Positions 25,230-34,095 of a stretch of 64,000 bases of DNA are shown here, piece after piece. The notes under the pieces are model-generated. The model did no database searches, was not told where the DNA came from, and saw only the letters and a list, made by a program, of their open reading frames with translations. How positions within the stretch are numbered: the first letter of the stretch is position 1; each line of letters starts with the position of its first letter. A program made the translations under genes and the position numbers. Origin of the DNA: a virus; the IMG/VR virus record IMGVR_UViG_3300009509_000014, positions 1-64,000 of that record; one strand, given 5' to 3'.

Positions 25230-25681
25230 TAACCAATACCCCTTGGGTCTAATCCTTCCAGTATAGCTATTGCCCTATCGGCGTTTATAGTATGTAATCC
25301 GTGCCTGAAATTTGTTCTTACGCCAAACATTCCAGACGGAAATGCTTCTCGCTCGTCATCTATAACTACAAAGGTGTTATTCATGTCTTGGTAAAATGTA
25401 CTATCTGAGAGCCACCCCATAATCTCCCAACGTCGCTCGTATCCCTTCCAGTCTGGAGTTATATCTATCACATCTCCAGTAACTCCCCACTGTTTCAATA
25501 TGAGTGTTATTTTTGGCAACCCGTAATGTTTCCAGGATGATGAAACGACAATCTTTGCACCTGTCCTGTCCGTAATCCTATTCAGTTGTTCAACACAGGC
25601 TGGATCGGCCATATTAGTGTTTGCGTATTTCTCATTTATCAATACGCCGTCAATGTCAAGAAAGACTACTCTGTCTACCAT
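25229..25681 (-). CDS. HAD-superfamily phosphatase (Swiss Army Knife RNA repair-like)
   Basis: FLDIDGVL, IVVSSSW, R..EI..WL, FVVIDD. Confidence 0.85.
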   Translation of the reverse strand: MVDRVVFLDIDGVLINEKYANTNMADPACVEQLNRITDRTGAKIVVSSSWKHYGLPKITLILKQWGVTGDVIDITPDWKGYERRWEIMGWLSDSTFYQDMNNTFVVIDDEREAFPSGMFGVRTNFRHGLHTINADRAIAILEGLDPRGIG

Positions 25682-25865
25682 TTTGTTCTAGTAACCTGTT
25701 TGTTACATCGCTTAGTTTCTTTATGGCTTGAAGCACGTCGGTAAATGCCTCTGCAACCTCTGGCCTGAGATTCGGCCCAATATCTGCCGTGTCCATCTTT
25801 ATATCTGTGATAAGTGTATGGCACAGCATGTTCATCCTAAAGTCTCCGCGTGGAAAATCTGCCAT
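25656..25865 (-). CDS. hypothetical protein
   Basis: Gap-filling ORF; start uncertain. Confidence 0.45.
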   Translation of the reverse strand: MADFPRGDFRMNMLCHTLITDIKMDTADIGPNLRPEVAEAFTDVLQAIKKLSDVTNRLLEQNGRQSSLS

Positions 25866-25879
25866 CTCTATTCCATGTT

Positions 25880-26143
25880 CTAGCTCTTTTTGAGCCTCTC
25901 CCTTTCTCTTTCTATATACCATATAGCCTTTGCCAAGTCCTCATCTGCGCTAACTTTTGGTTTCAAGCCAACGCGCCAGATATATTTCATGGCAGCCCCT
26001 ATATTATAAGGCATATGTTCTATAATGTCAATACATTCAACTCCGGAAGGATGTTTACCATAATGTTCCGGATGATTTATATACTCGTATTCTTGTTGGC
26101 CTTTATTAAAGTGTTCCTCAAAGTGTTCTGTCAATAAAGCCAT
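25880..26143 (-). CDS. DUF3310 family protein
   Basis: INHPEHY...ECIDII...KYIWR.G.K...EDL.KA.WY. Confidence 0.88.
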   Translation of the reverse strand: MALLTEHFEEHFNKGQQEYEYINHPEHYGKHPSGVECIDIIEHMPYNIGAAMKYIWRVGLKPKVSADEDLAKAIWYIERERERLKKS

Positions 26144-26630
26144 CTATATCCTCTCCTGGCCCATGAAGTTGTGACTGTGGTAGTAGAAATGCTTCACCCC
26201 AGCCAAGATCTCCAAGATTCTTTCCGTTTATGATCTCTGCGGCAGTTGCCCAACCAACATATTTATATTGCGGGAACTTGCCAATAATGAGAACATACAC
26301 GTCTGTTCCTGTATCAAATTTGTTTTTTCCAACCAGAAGTTGGCCTGTTGGATAGTGGGTCGTCTTTACGTCGATTGTTACTCCGGAATGGGTTACGCAA
26401 TCGTATCCCCCCTTCCTAGCCCCAACCGACAGGTCAGGCCATAGATTCATAATGGCGCAGAATGCAAACTCACCCCCAATCCCCTCCAGGTCAGTTAATT
26501 CATTAGATTGTGGACCTTTTTTGGCGTTCACAACCCCCGCTTCCCGCGCAGTCTTGAATCTTGCCCTTGCCAACATACGCGCAACTTTCTGAGTGCTTCC
26601 GTCAAGGGTTATAGTATATTTATCGTTCAT
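26118..26630 (-). CDS. PD-(D/E)XK-like nuclease
   Basis: G..GE.A, GYD, IDVKT; ATG shares the last A of the tRNA-Ala CCA. Confidence 0.65.
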   Translation of the reverse strand: MNDKYTITLDGSTQKVARMLARARFKTAREAGVVNAKKGPQSNELTDLEGIGGEFAFCAIMNLWPDLSVGARKGGYDCVTHSGVTIDVKTTHYPTGQLLVGKNKFDTGTDVYVLIIGKFPQYKYVGWATAAEIINGKNLGDLGWGEAFLLPQSQLHGPGEDIDGFIDRTL

Positions 26631-26706
26631 GGTGGAGCCAGAGAGACTCGAACTCTCGACCTCCACAGTGCAAGTGTGGCGCTCTCCCAAACTGAGCTAC
26701 GGCCCC
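26630..26706 (-). tRNA. tRNA-Ala(TGC) with encoded CCA
   Basis: GGGGCCG acceptor with G3.U70, loop CTTGCAC, ends ACCA. Confidence 0.95.
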
Positions 26707-26712
26707 TTTTTA

Positions 26713-27083
26713 TAGTCCAGCTTCGCTATGCAACTTGCGTTGCATGGATTCTGGTATGTATCTACGCCTTGGGTCAAAATTGATCCTACTCCCCCCTGTC
26801 CCAAAGGAACAGAGAGGAGTTTTGCAAGGCACCTGCCGAAAAAGCAGGGCGATCCAGGTCGTTACGTGGGCGGGTGAATCCCACTAATTTACTCTACCTT
26901 GCAACTCCCAGCAAAAGCTAACGGACGGGATATGTTGTTCTTGTTTTATATCTAACAAGATTAACTCTGGATTTTTACCCTTCTAAATTGATATCGTTGC
27001 TTAGATCAACGTCAGTTTATAGTTGGGTCAACTGACTCCGAGTTTACGGCAACCTCTACGCACTACATGTGCTGCCTGGGACT
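26713..27083 (-). ncRNA. putative large structured ncRNA (about 370 nt)
   Basis: No ORF; many nested helices and a GNRA hairpin; lies between a promoter and tRNA-Ala. Confidence 0.55.
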
Positions 27084-27159
27084 TATGGCATAATAATACT
27101 ATATTTGACATTCCAACTGTTTGTCATTGTAAGTGGTGTTTTATATTCTATTGTTGTCT

Positions 27160-27188
27160 ATACTACTGGAAGAAACTTACTTTGTTGA
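27160..27188 (-). promoter_or_regulatory. sigma70-type promoter
   Basis: TCAACA-AAGTAAGTTTCTTCCAG-TAGTAT, same family motif. Confidence 0.65.
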
Positions 27189-27233
27189 GAACTCTTTTTT
27201 ACATTTCAATCCTGGTTGTTGCGATTCGGAATT

Positions 27234-27620
27234 CTACCGAGAAGAGTTTAGCGGAAACCACACAGCCTTGCCTTCTCTTTTTGCTGCCATAACCACAGGG
27301 TCTCCTTCGTCAAAGGCCATTACGCCATCTGCGTTGCTTATCATATACTTCATGTACTCTGGTTTAGTGGTCGATGTTATTGTTATCCCGCTTACAATGT
27401 CTAATGCCCTTGGTTGAATATTAAGGTCTGGAGCGTACATATGCACCGTTAAGCCAATCTCTGCTGCTATTGATGCAATCTTAACTCCAATAATTGTATA
27501 TCCCACAATAACAAGGAGTCCGTCTTTGTACTTATTTTTTGCGGCGATAAGTCCCTTCCTAACAGCGTTATGGTACTCTGGATTCCATTTTATCGCGGTG
27601 ATAGCTATTTTTCTCTGCAT
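27234..27620 (-). CDS. SLOG/YspA-like protein
   Basis: YMISNADGVMAF...AAKREGK pattern. Confidence 0.5.
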   Translation of the reverse strand: MQRKIAITAIKWNPEYHNAVRKGLIAAKNKYKDGLLVIVGYTIIGVKIASIAAEIGLTVHMYAPDLNIQPRALDIVSGITITSTTKPEYMKYMISNADGVMAFDEGDPVVMAAKREGKAVWFPLNSSR

Positions 27621-27647
27621 AGTATATTATCCAATATCCCTTTGTAT

Positions 27648-27676
27648 ATTATACTAGAACATGGGTACTTTGTCAA
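27648..27676 (-). promoter_or_regulatory. consensus sigma70 promoter (leftward arm)
   Basis: TTGACA-17-TATAAT. Confidence 0.88.
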
Positions 27677-27699
27677 CAGTTGATTGATGAAAATGTGAC

Positions 27700-27728
27700 T
27701 TGACAGTTTTTACAATAATTGTTATAAT
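27700..27728 (+). promoter_or_regulatory. consensus sigma70 promoter (rightward arm)
   Basis: TTGACA-17-TATAAT with extended TG; ATG only 9 nt downstream. Confidence 0.88.
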
Positions 27729-27737
27729 AATCACATA

Positions 27738-28448
27738 ATGACAGATAGCTTAGAACTTGTACAGATCGGCGACGAAGAGCGTCTGCCGTCTGAGTTGTTG
27801 ATAGATTGGGTTTCTTTAACCGATGGGCTTCCTGACGCATGGGGTGATTGGATGCCTTTCCTTGCATTCGGTGTTCCATATAACCAGATTGCTAAGATTT
27901 TTGGCATTGACAGGAGTACGATCACTCATGCGTTAAATGGAAACAAGGATTTTGCAAGGCGAGTATCTCAAGTCAAGAAGATGATTAAGCGTCAACTGCA
28001 TTATGTTTGGCTTGATCAGAAAGCGGTGACGGCTTGGAAAAATGTTGACTATTTTCTTTCGCTTGACCCTCTTGCAAAAGATGAGGAAGACAAGTATATT
28101 ATCAAAAATGAAACAACTCGTAGGATGATGTTCCAGGAAAAGGCCAAAATGACTCGGTTTGTATTGCAGCAGCTTGGGCTTCATGTCCAGCGCCACGAAG
28201 TGGTCCACCATACGCCACAGCCTATGTTCATGGGTGACGAAACTCTTGCCGCTTATGTTGTAGAGCGCGTCAGGAATGTTATGGAGTCTGGCGAAGAACG
28301 TGATGTTGAAGTTATTGCTGCAAAGTATAAGTATATCGAAGGATATAGTGAGCAGGAGACTTTACCTATGGAGCCTATAGGTGAGGAATTAGACACTGAG
28401 GCTCCGTATGACAAGACCAATAGCGGAAGGCAATTGCGTGTCGAATAA
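27738..28448 (+). CDS. putative terminase small subunit (HTH)
   Basis: YNQIAKIFGIDRSTI HTH; directly upstream of the large subunit. Confidence 0.65.
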   Translation: MTDSLELVQIGDEERLPSELLIDWVSLTDGLPDAWGDWMPFLAFGVPYNQIAKIFGIDRSTITHALNGNKDFARRVSQVKKMIKRQLHYVWLDQKAVTAWKNVDYFLSLDPLAKDEEDKYIIKNETTRRMMFQEKAKMTRFVLQQLGLHVQRHEVVHHTPQPMFMGDETLAAYVVERVRNVMESGEERDVEVIAAKYKYIEGYSEQETLPMEPIGEELDTEAPYDKTNSGRQLRVE

Positions 28449-30162
28449 TAACGACCTGTCGTTTGCAAGGAATATAGCCGAGATTTCGGAGAAGTCGCCG
28501 TTTGTTTGGGCTGTTAGTTATATAGCCCTCCCGAAGGGTGTTACTTGGACATTTGAAGATAGAAAGTGGCAGATTGACATTCTTGACGATTTGCATCCAA
28601 GGCAGGTAGGCAGGAAGCCTACTCAGATTGGATGGACAACTCTAGGGACTGCGAAGGCGCTGTGGTTTGTTTCGATGAAAAAGTCAAGGGCTATGTATAC
28701 ACTTCCAAGGCGCGATGATGTTACCGACTACGTTGCCACTACACTTGACCCAATGATAGAGAATAGTGATTATTTGTCTGGCAGGATGGGACGTACTAAC
28801 AATGCAAGAATGAAACGCATTGGGGATTCATTTTACCATGTTATGGAAGCGTCTGTTACTCCGCGTATGCTCCCAGTAGACATATTAATTAATGATGAAG
28901 TTGATATGTCTGACCAGGATAATATGGAGCAATTTATTGCTAGGTTGGACGCATCTAAGTATAAGTATCACTATCAGTTTTCAACACCTACGGTCGCTGG
29001 ATTCGGGATTGATGCAGCATATGAACGTTCTGATATGCGTATATGGATTGTAACCTGCAGTCGTTGCAATACAGATCAAGAGCTTGATTGGGAAGATCAG
29101 CTTGTTAATACTGGAGATGGAGTGTACCTTGCTTGTCGCGGATGTCGCCAGGAGCTTCGTTCTGAGGATATTGTAAGCGGGAAGTGGGTTGTAACTAATC
29201 CGAAGTCTGAGGTTCACGGCTACCATGTATCTCACCTTATGCTGCCATATACAAGACCTCTTGACACATTGTACCAGGAATCTAAGGTTATGGATAAAAA
29301 GACATTCTTTAATCTTAGGCTTGGCAGGCCGTGGAGACCAACCGGAGGTTCGATGCCAATGTCGCTGTTTCGGGATCACGCATTTTCAACTGGTCACAAT
29401 CATCAATCCCACAGAGAGAAAGGATATAGGTATTATATGGGGGCTGACCAGGGAAACGAAGTGCATACTATGGTCGGGAGAGTCCCTATAGGCGGCGACA
29501 GGATTGAAGTTGTGTACGCGGAGCATATCAAGCCATCCCCTGGTGAAGATCAATTCGAAAGACTCGGTGCAATTGCAAGAATGTTTGATATAGACTTTGG
29601 GCTATGTGATGCGAATCCAAACAGGCAAAGCATTTATAATCTTTGTAAGGATTTTCACGGCAAGCTTGGGGCGGCAGATATTGGCGCATACACATACCCG
29701 TTTAAGTGGAGTGGTTTCCACGGCGCATCTGCCTATAAACTTACATGCAGTAGGACAGATATGCTTGATGGGATTCGTGACGATTTGGCGAATGAACGTA
29801 TTCAATTGTGGGGTAGTTGGGATAATCGCACGCAGATAATAAGAGAGATTATATCACAGTGTGGGAGTCTAAAACGTGACACCACAAAGAAAAAGTTACA
29901 AGGTGGCGGCGAGACGGTTGTAGGCGTTTGGAGAAAAACTGGCGCAGACCACTTCGCGTTTGCCCTTGCGCTTTTACGGCTTGCCGTAATCATATCGCCC
30001 AACAGTATGAATTTTGACTTTGTTGTCGTTGGTGACGATATGCAGCAGTTGATCGATGGCGACAAGGGCGCGAAGATAGAAAAAAGCAAGATTTGGGAGG
30101 ACACATATTATAATGTTGAAGAGGATGGTACAAAAGTACCTCTTGGAACTCGTTTCTTCTAG
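28438..30162 (+). CDS. terminase large subunit (GpA-like)
   Basis: KPTQIGWT Walker A variant, LINDEVD Walker B, FSTPT, CxxC pair, MGADQG nuclease, DHF. Confidence 0.9.
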   Translation: MSNNNDLSFARNIAEISEKSPFVWAVSYIALPKGVTWTFEDRKWQIDILDDLHPRQVGRKPTQIGWTTLGTAKALWFVSMKKSRAMYTLPRRDDVTDYVATTLDPMIENSDYLSGRMGRTNNARMKRIGDSFYHVMEASVTPRMLPVDILINDEVDMSDQDNMEQFIARLDASKYKYHYQFSTPTVAGFGIDAAYERSDMRIWIVTCSRCNTDQELDWEDQLVNTGDGVYLACRGCRQELRSEDIVSGKWVVTNPKSEVHGYHVSHLMLPYTRPLDTLYQESKVMDKKTFFNLRLGRPWRPTGGSMPMSLFRDHAFSTGHNHQSHREKGYRYYMGADQGNEVHTMVGRVPIGGDRIEVVYAEHIKPSPGEDQFERLGAIARMFDIDFGLCDANPNRQSIYNLCKDFHGKLGAADIGAYTYPFKWSGFHGASAYKLTCSRTDMLDGIRDDLANERIQLWGSWDNRTQIIREIISQCGSLKRDTTKKKLQGGGETVVGVWRKTGADHFAFALALLRLAVIISPNSMNFDFVVVGDDMQQLIDGDKGAKIEKSKIWEDTYYNVEEDGTKVPLGTRFF

Positions 30163-30469
30163 TGAGGTTCTTGAGAGGGTTGCTGTTGGGCTTATTGGCA
30201 CAGAAGCTATATATAGCCTTATCAGTGACGAAGTTAGATCTGCCCTTGCAAGTAGTCGTATAAAGGCACTTGTAGCAGACGCCGTTAAGGAGGCTGTGAA
30301 GGACGAAATGGGAAGGGTTGTTATTGTTGTAGATGACAATGATATGCTTGTTATTCCAAGCAGCGGAATCTCTAGTCAGGAATTTGATAAGTTGTCGTCA
30401 ATGATCCCCGCGAATCGCCGCGTTGGGGTTATTGCTGCCGATAATGTTAGAATCTTAAAGTTGTCGTAA
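30113..30469 (+). CDS. hypothetical protein
   Basis: ORF between terminase and glycosyltransferase. Confidence 0.6.
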   Translation: MLKRMVQKYLLELVSSSEVLERVAVGLIGTEAIYSLISDEVRSALASSRIKALVADAVKEAVKDEMGRVVIVVDDNDMLVIPSSGISSQEFDKLSSMIPANRRVGVIAADNVRILKLS

Positions 30470-30470
30470 C

Positions 30471-31205
30471 ATGGCAGAGATTAGCTTGTGTATGATAACG
30501 TATAACAAATATCCATTTTTACGGAGAACGATTGCTGCGATTTTGGATAGTGTCGATGAATCTAAAGATACTGAGCTATTGATATATAACAACGGAAGTA
30601 CAGATTATACTACTAAATATCTTCCGATGCTCGAACATGCTTGTCCGGAATACATTAAATGCAAGGTCTTTTACGGAGACGAAAACATTGGGCTAAACGC
30701 ATATGGAGTAATTGTTCCGGAGGCTACTGGAGATATTATCGTTACAATAGACGATGACATTTTTGACATTCAGCCGCGTGGATGGGAGAAAATCTTCCGA
30801 AAGGCTTTGCATACAAGGTTTGATGGCAGGCGGTTTGGATATGTTAGCACGGATACAATGAATAAGGATGGAGGCAGATTGCCAGATCAAGCGATAGGGC
30901 TTGCTTCGATAGGTGGGTTAAATATAGAGGTTGGGCCTGCTGGTGGCTGGTTTGCGGCGACTACAAGGGAAGTTGTTGACCTTGTTGGTGGATTCCACAC
31001 AGGGAAAGGCAAGATGCACCTTGAGGATTTGGATTTCCAGCGTCGCGTGTGGGAGAAAGGGTTGCTTGTTGGGACTGTGCTAAATATAGAAGTATTTCAT
31101 GCAAGATCGCCAGAGGTCTATAAGCGATTTGGCAGGGAAGACACTTACCTAGAAAAAATGAGACTAGCACAACTTGAAGGGATCACTTTAGAGCCACTCG
31201 CTTGA
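30471..31205 (+). CDS. glycosyltransferase family 2
   Basis: ITYN, NNGSTD.T, GDIIVTIDDD, VGGF...EDLDF. Confidence 0.9.
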   Translation: MAEISLCMITYNKYPFLRRTIAAILDSVDESKDTELLIYNNGSTDYTTKYLPMLEHACPEYIKCKVFYGDENIGLNAYGVIVPEATGDIIVTIDDDIFDIQPRGWEKIFRKALHTRFDGRRFGYVSTDTMNKDGGRLPDQAIGLASIGGLNIEVGPAGGWFAATTREVVDLVGGFHTGKGKMHLEDLDFQRRVWEKGLLVGTVLNIEVFHARSPEVYKRFGREDTYLEKMRLAQLEGITLEPLA

Positions 31206-31230
31206 CAGAATAGTACAAAAGAGGTAGAAT
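31202..31230 (+). promoter_or_regulatory. sigma70 promoter giving a probably leaderless portal mRNA
   Basis: TTGACA-17-TAGAAT with ATG 6 nt downstream. Confidence 0.75.
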
Positions 31231-31236
31231 GCTAGT

Positions 31237-32814
31237 ATGAGTGTGAGAATTTTTATTAACGACGGAACTGTTAGGGACAAGGCGAGTGTGACGCAGGTCA
31301 CTTCGCGTTTGCCCAGGACAGCTATTGGGAGAAGTTCAAGGGAAGAAGAAATCCTTGACTTAATGGATGCTGTCGCTGTTGTTCCATTCCTAAGTGCCTC
31401 TGGCGCAGTGGTTGGTCGCGGAGTTGTCGGGCCTGGTTTCGACATTGTTGAGGCTGAGCTAGACGGCGGAGGATCGGAGAGGAAAAGGCGAAGAATTCTT
31501 GACTTCTTTAACTATATTAGCCCTATGCAAGCCAACGTGAAGGATGTTTTTAGCCCTCTGGCGAAGATATACACAACTGCATTTTCTTTTAGGATATTCG
31601 GTCATGCGGCCTGGGAGATTGTGCGAGATAGGGGGACTGGAGCGCCGTTGGGCTTTGATGTTATTCCAGGGGTTGTAAAACCTAACATTGAGGCTGATGG
31701 TACATTCAAAAGACCTGCCTATGTGCAGTACCTGAGAGTTGGTGGAGTAGAATCCAAGTCTGAGTTTAATAGTCCAGAAGATGTGATCTTTTTTGCGGTT
31801 CCTGATTATTCTGGTGGGGTCTATATGGCAGAGTTGTTGGCTCTGACTGAATATACACTCCCAAGTGAGATATATGCTGCGATAGCATATAGGTCACTGC
31901 ATGAAAACAGGGACGCCCCTTATTCTGGATTCTGGTACACTCCAAACGACATTGACGATGACACTTTCAATCGTTTTGTCGCTATGGTAAATTCCAGATA
32001 TACAGGCTCTAAGAACTACGGACGCAATCCTATAATTATGAAGGGGGAGGGTGGATTTAAGGCAGTCGCGTCTGTTAAGGATGATGCTCCATATGTCGAA
32101 GGTAGGGAGCTAAATAGAAGTGAGATATCAGCGTCAACGGGTGTTCCAGGTGCAAAGTATGGGATAGAAACCAATACTGACATGCGGGAACTCCGCAGGG
32201 AGTTTTACGAATCGACTCTAAGGCCAATGATGTCGCTGCTGGAAGAGTCGATATATACTAATGTTTGTATAAGGCTGTTCAATGCTCCGGAATGGAAGTT
32301 CCGGTTTAAGCGTCCAGATTTTACAACTGCAATTGAGGATGCTTCGATTGAGTTGCGCCGTATTCAATGGGGTCAGTGGTCGCCAAATGAAGCAAGGGCT
32401 TCTCGCGGAGAGGCTCCAAGAGATAACGGAGATTATTACCTTATCCCGAAAAATATGGACATGGTTGGACCTGACGGGAAACCTGGCCGTCCAGAAAACG
32501 AACCGATCAATGATGATGAGGGTGACATGGCTCCGTCTGACGAAGACAAGGTTCCTGGAACTCAGCCTCCGGTGCAACCAGATGTTGAAGAGTCTGTGCT
32601 GGTAGACGAGATCAGAAAATGGCGGAAGTTTGCTCTTAGAGTTGCTGGTGGTAAAAGGTTCAAGAGAGACTTTGTTCCTTCTGCCATTGACGAATCTCTT
32701 AGCGGGTATATTTTTAATGTACTAGACGAATTGGGTGACTCTGTAGAAGATATTGCAGAGTTTTTTGACTGGTTGATAGAGGAGGTGGAGAATGTGCGAA
32801 TGTTACCAGGGTAG
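31237..32814 (+). CDS. portal protein (HK97-like)
   Basis: FGHAAWEIVRD..G.P, EI....GVP, SPNEAR...G..P..GD; synteny. Confidence 0.9.
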   Translation: MSVRIFINDGTVRDKASVTQVTSRLPRTAIGRSSREEEILDLMDAVAVVPFLSASGAVVGRGVVGPGFDIVEAELDGGGSERKRRRILDFFNYISPMQANVKDVFSPLAKIYTTAFSFRIFGHAAWEIVRDRGTGAPLGFDVIPGVVKPNIEADGTFKRPAYVQYLRVGGVESKSEFNSPEDVIFFAVPDYSGGVYMAELLALTEYTLPSEIYAAIAYRSLHENRDAPYSGFWYTPNDIDDDTFNRFVAMVNSRYTGSKNYGRNPIIMKGEGGFKAVASVKDDAPYVEGRELNRSEISASTGVPGAKYGIETNTDMRELRREFYESTLRPMMSLLEESIYTNVCIRLFNAPEWKFRFKRPDFTTAIEDASIELRRIQWGQWSPNEARASRGEAPRDNGDYYLIPKNMDMVGPDGKPGRPENEPINDDEGDMAPSDEDKVPGTQPPVQPDVEESVLVDEIRKWRKFALRVAGGKRFKRDFVPSAIDESLSGYIFNVLDELGDSVEDIAEFFDWLIEEVENVRMLPG

Positions 32815-33154
32815 TTGGTTATACCTGGCGGCAATTCTCATTTCTGTATCAACTCTTGGAATTTTAATTTGGGCAAGAATAAAATTTAAGAGATTGGGTG
32901 CTGGAATGTGCGGTGTCGCCATGCTAGTTTTTCATATACTGGTGTTTTCTACTGTTAGGATAGTTGGAAAGATGTTAAATATAGATATTGTTGGGAATAT
33001 TGCTTCAATGTTTCCATACGATATTGTCAAGTACGTAATTTCATATACAACATGGTGCGCTGCTATTATGATCCAGACACTAATAGAAGTGTTATTGATG
33101 ACACTTTTGGTTGTTAGGAGGCAGCGATGGACGAGAAGCTTATTGACTTCATAA
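32792..33154 (+). CDS. membrane protein (3 TM)
   Basis: Three hydrophobic segments. Confidence 0.6.
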   Translation: MCECYQGSWLYLAAILISVSTLGILIWARIKFKRLGAGMCGVAMLVFHILVFSTVRIVGKMLNIDIVGNIASMFPYDIVKYVISYTTWCAAIMIQTLIEVLLMTLLVVRRQRWTRSLLTS

Positions 33155-33567
33155 CAACCGCTGCTCCAATAATAGTCGCATTTGTCATGTCGATTCCTGG
33201 GCTGCTAAACTATTTTAGGACAAAAAGAAGGGACAAGGTAGAGGGCGTTGCCGTTATAAAAGCGTCAGAGAAGTCAGAGGCCGATGCGACTGGAGTAATT
33301 GTTACTGCGGCGACTTCTTTAATTGAGCCTTACATTGAACGTGTTAAGTTATTAGAAGCTAGAGATAGTATGAGGGCAAAGGATTTAGACATATTGACAG
33401 TTAGGGTTTCTATAATAGAGAGGAATAACTATATACTTTGCGATGGCGTCAGAAGGTTAATAATGCAAATAATGTCGCTGGGCGCTACTCCGGTATTTGA
33501 GATTGACGAAAGTCTTTGTAACGAAATGGCAAATGGTGGTAGCGTTGATGGAATCCAAGAAAATTAA
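33127..33567 (+). CDS. membrane-anchored coiled-coil protein (possibly lysis-related)
   Basis: N-terminal TM followed by heptad-like region. Confidence 0.6.
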   Translation: MDEKLIDFITTAAPIIVAFVMSIPGLLNYFRTKRRDKVEGVAVIKASEKSEADATGVIVTAATSLIEPYIERVKLLEARDSMRAKDLDILTVRVSIIERNNYILCDGVRRLIMQIMSLGATPVFEIDESLCNEMANGGSVDGIQEN

Positions 33568-33577
33568 CGTTGATCAG

Positions 33578-33607
33578 TTGACATAGGCTGATCTGATGTG
33601 GTATAAA
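33578..33607 (+). promoter_or_regulatory. sigma70-type promoter for head genes
   Basis: TTGACA-18-TATAAA with extended TG. Confidence 0.7.
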
Positions 33608-33623
33608 TAGGAGGCGTAAGGTA

Positions 33624-33929
33624 ATGTTTGATTGGTCTAGCGGGAAGGCATATTACAGAACAGGTATCTTCCCTGACGATTCATCTGCGATAGACTTTGT
33701 GCTTGACACAAATGTTGTAAAGAGAATCTATGATGCGTGGGATGAATCTGTATATGGTGAATTAGTTGACTACGGTGGCGGGGTTAAAGCAATCACAACA
33801 AGAATGCTTCATCTTGCTGGCGAAGAGTTTTTGACTGGGATTAAGAACATAGGTGCAGTTAGGGCAGAGCAAATCTTGAAAGAGGTTGAGCTTGCTCTTG
33901 GTGAGGTTCCTTATGGCAGTGGTGTATAG
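33624..33929 (+). CDS. helix-hairpin-helix motif protein
   Basis: LTGIKNIGAVRAEQI; AGGAGG SD. Confidence 0.6.
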   Translation: MFDWSSGKAYYRTGIFPDDSSAIDFVLDTNVVKRIYDAWDESVYGELVDYGGGVKAITTRMLHLAGEEFLTGIKNIGAVRAEQILKEVELALGEVPYGSGV

Positions 33930-34095
33930 GCACATAGAAGATCGTGGTAGTAAGTACCTTGTGCGTTCTAGGTGCCTGCGGTGTGGAGAGTTGATTATAA
34001 GTATCGCGATGCACGATTTCTGTTTGGACTGCTCGCTAAAGATGAGAGAGAATGCCAGAGACGACGGAGAATTACCACAGAATCCCTGTAAGTAG
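33913..34095 (+). CDS. small Zn-ribbon protein
   Basis: CLRC...CLDC; GAGGT SD. Confidence 0.5.
   Translation: MAVVYRHIEDRGSKYLVRSRCLRCGELIISIAMHDFCLDCSLKMRENARDDGELPQNPCK

Noticed and set aside
26713-27083. Group I intron, RNase P or tmRNA identity
   Set aside because: No interrupted gene flanks it, there is no GAGGAAAGTCC RNase P motif, and the adjacent tRNA-Ala is complete rather than a split tmRNA end.
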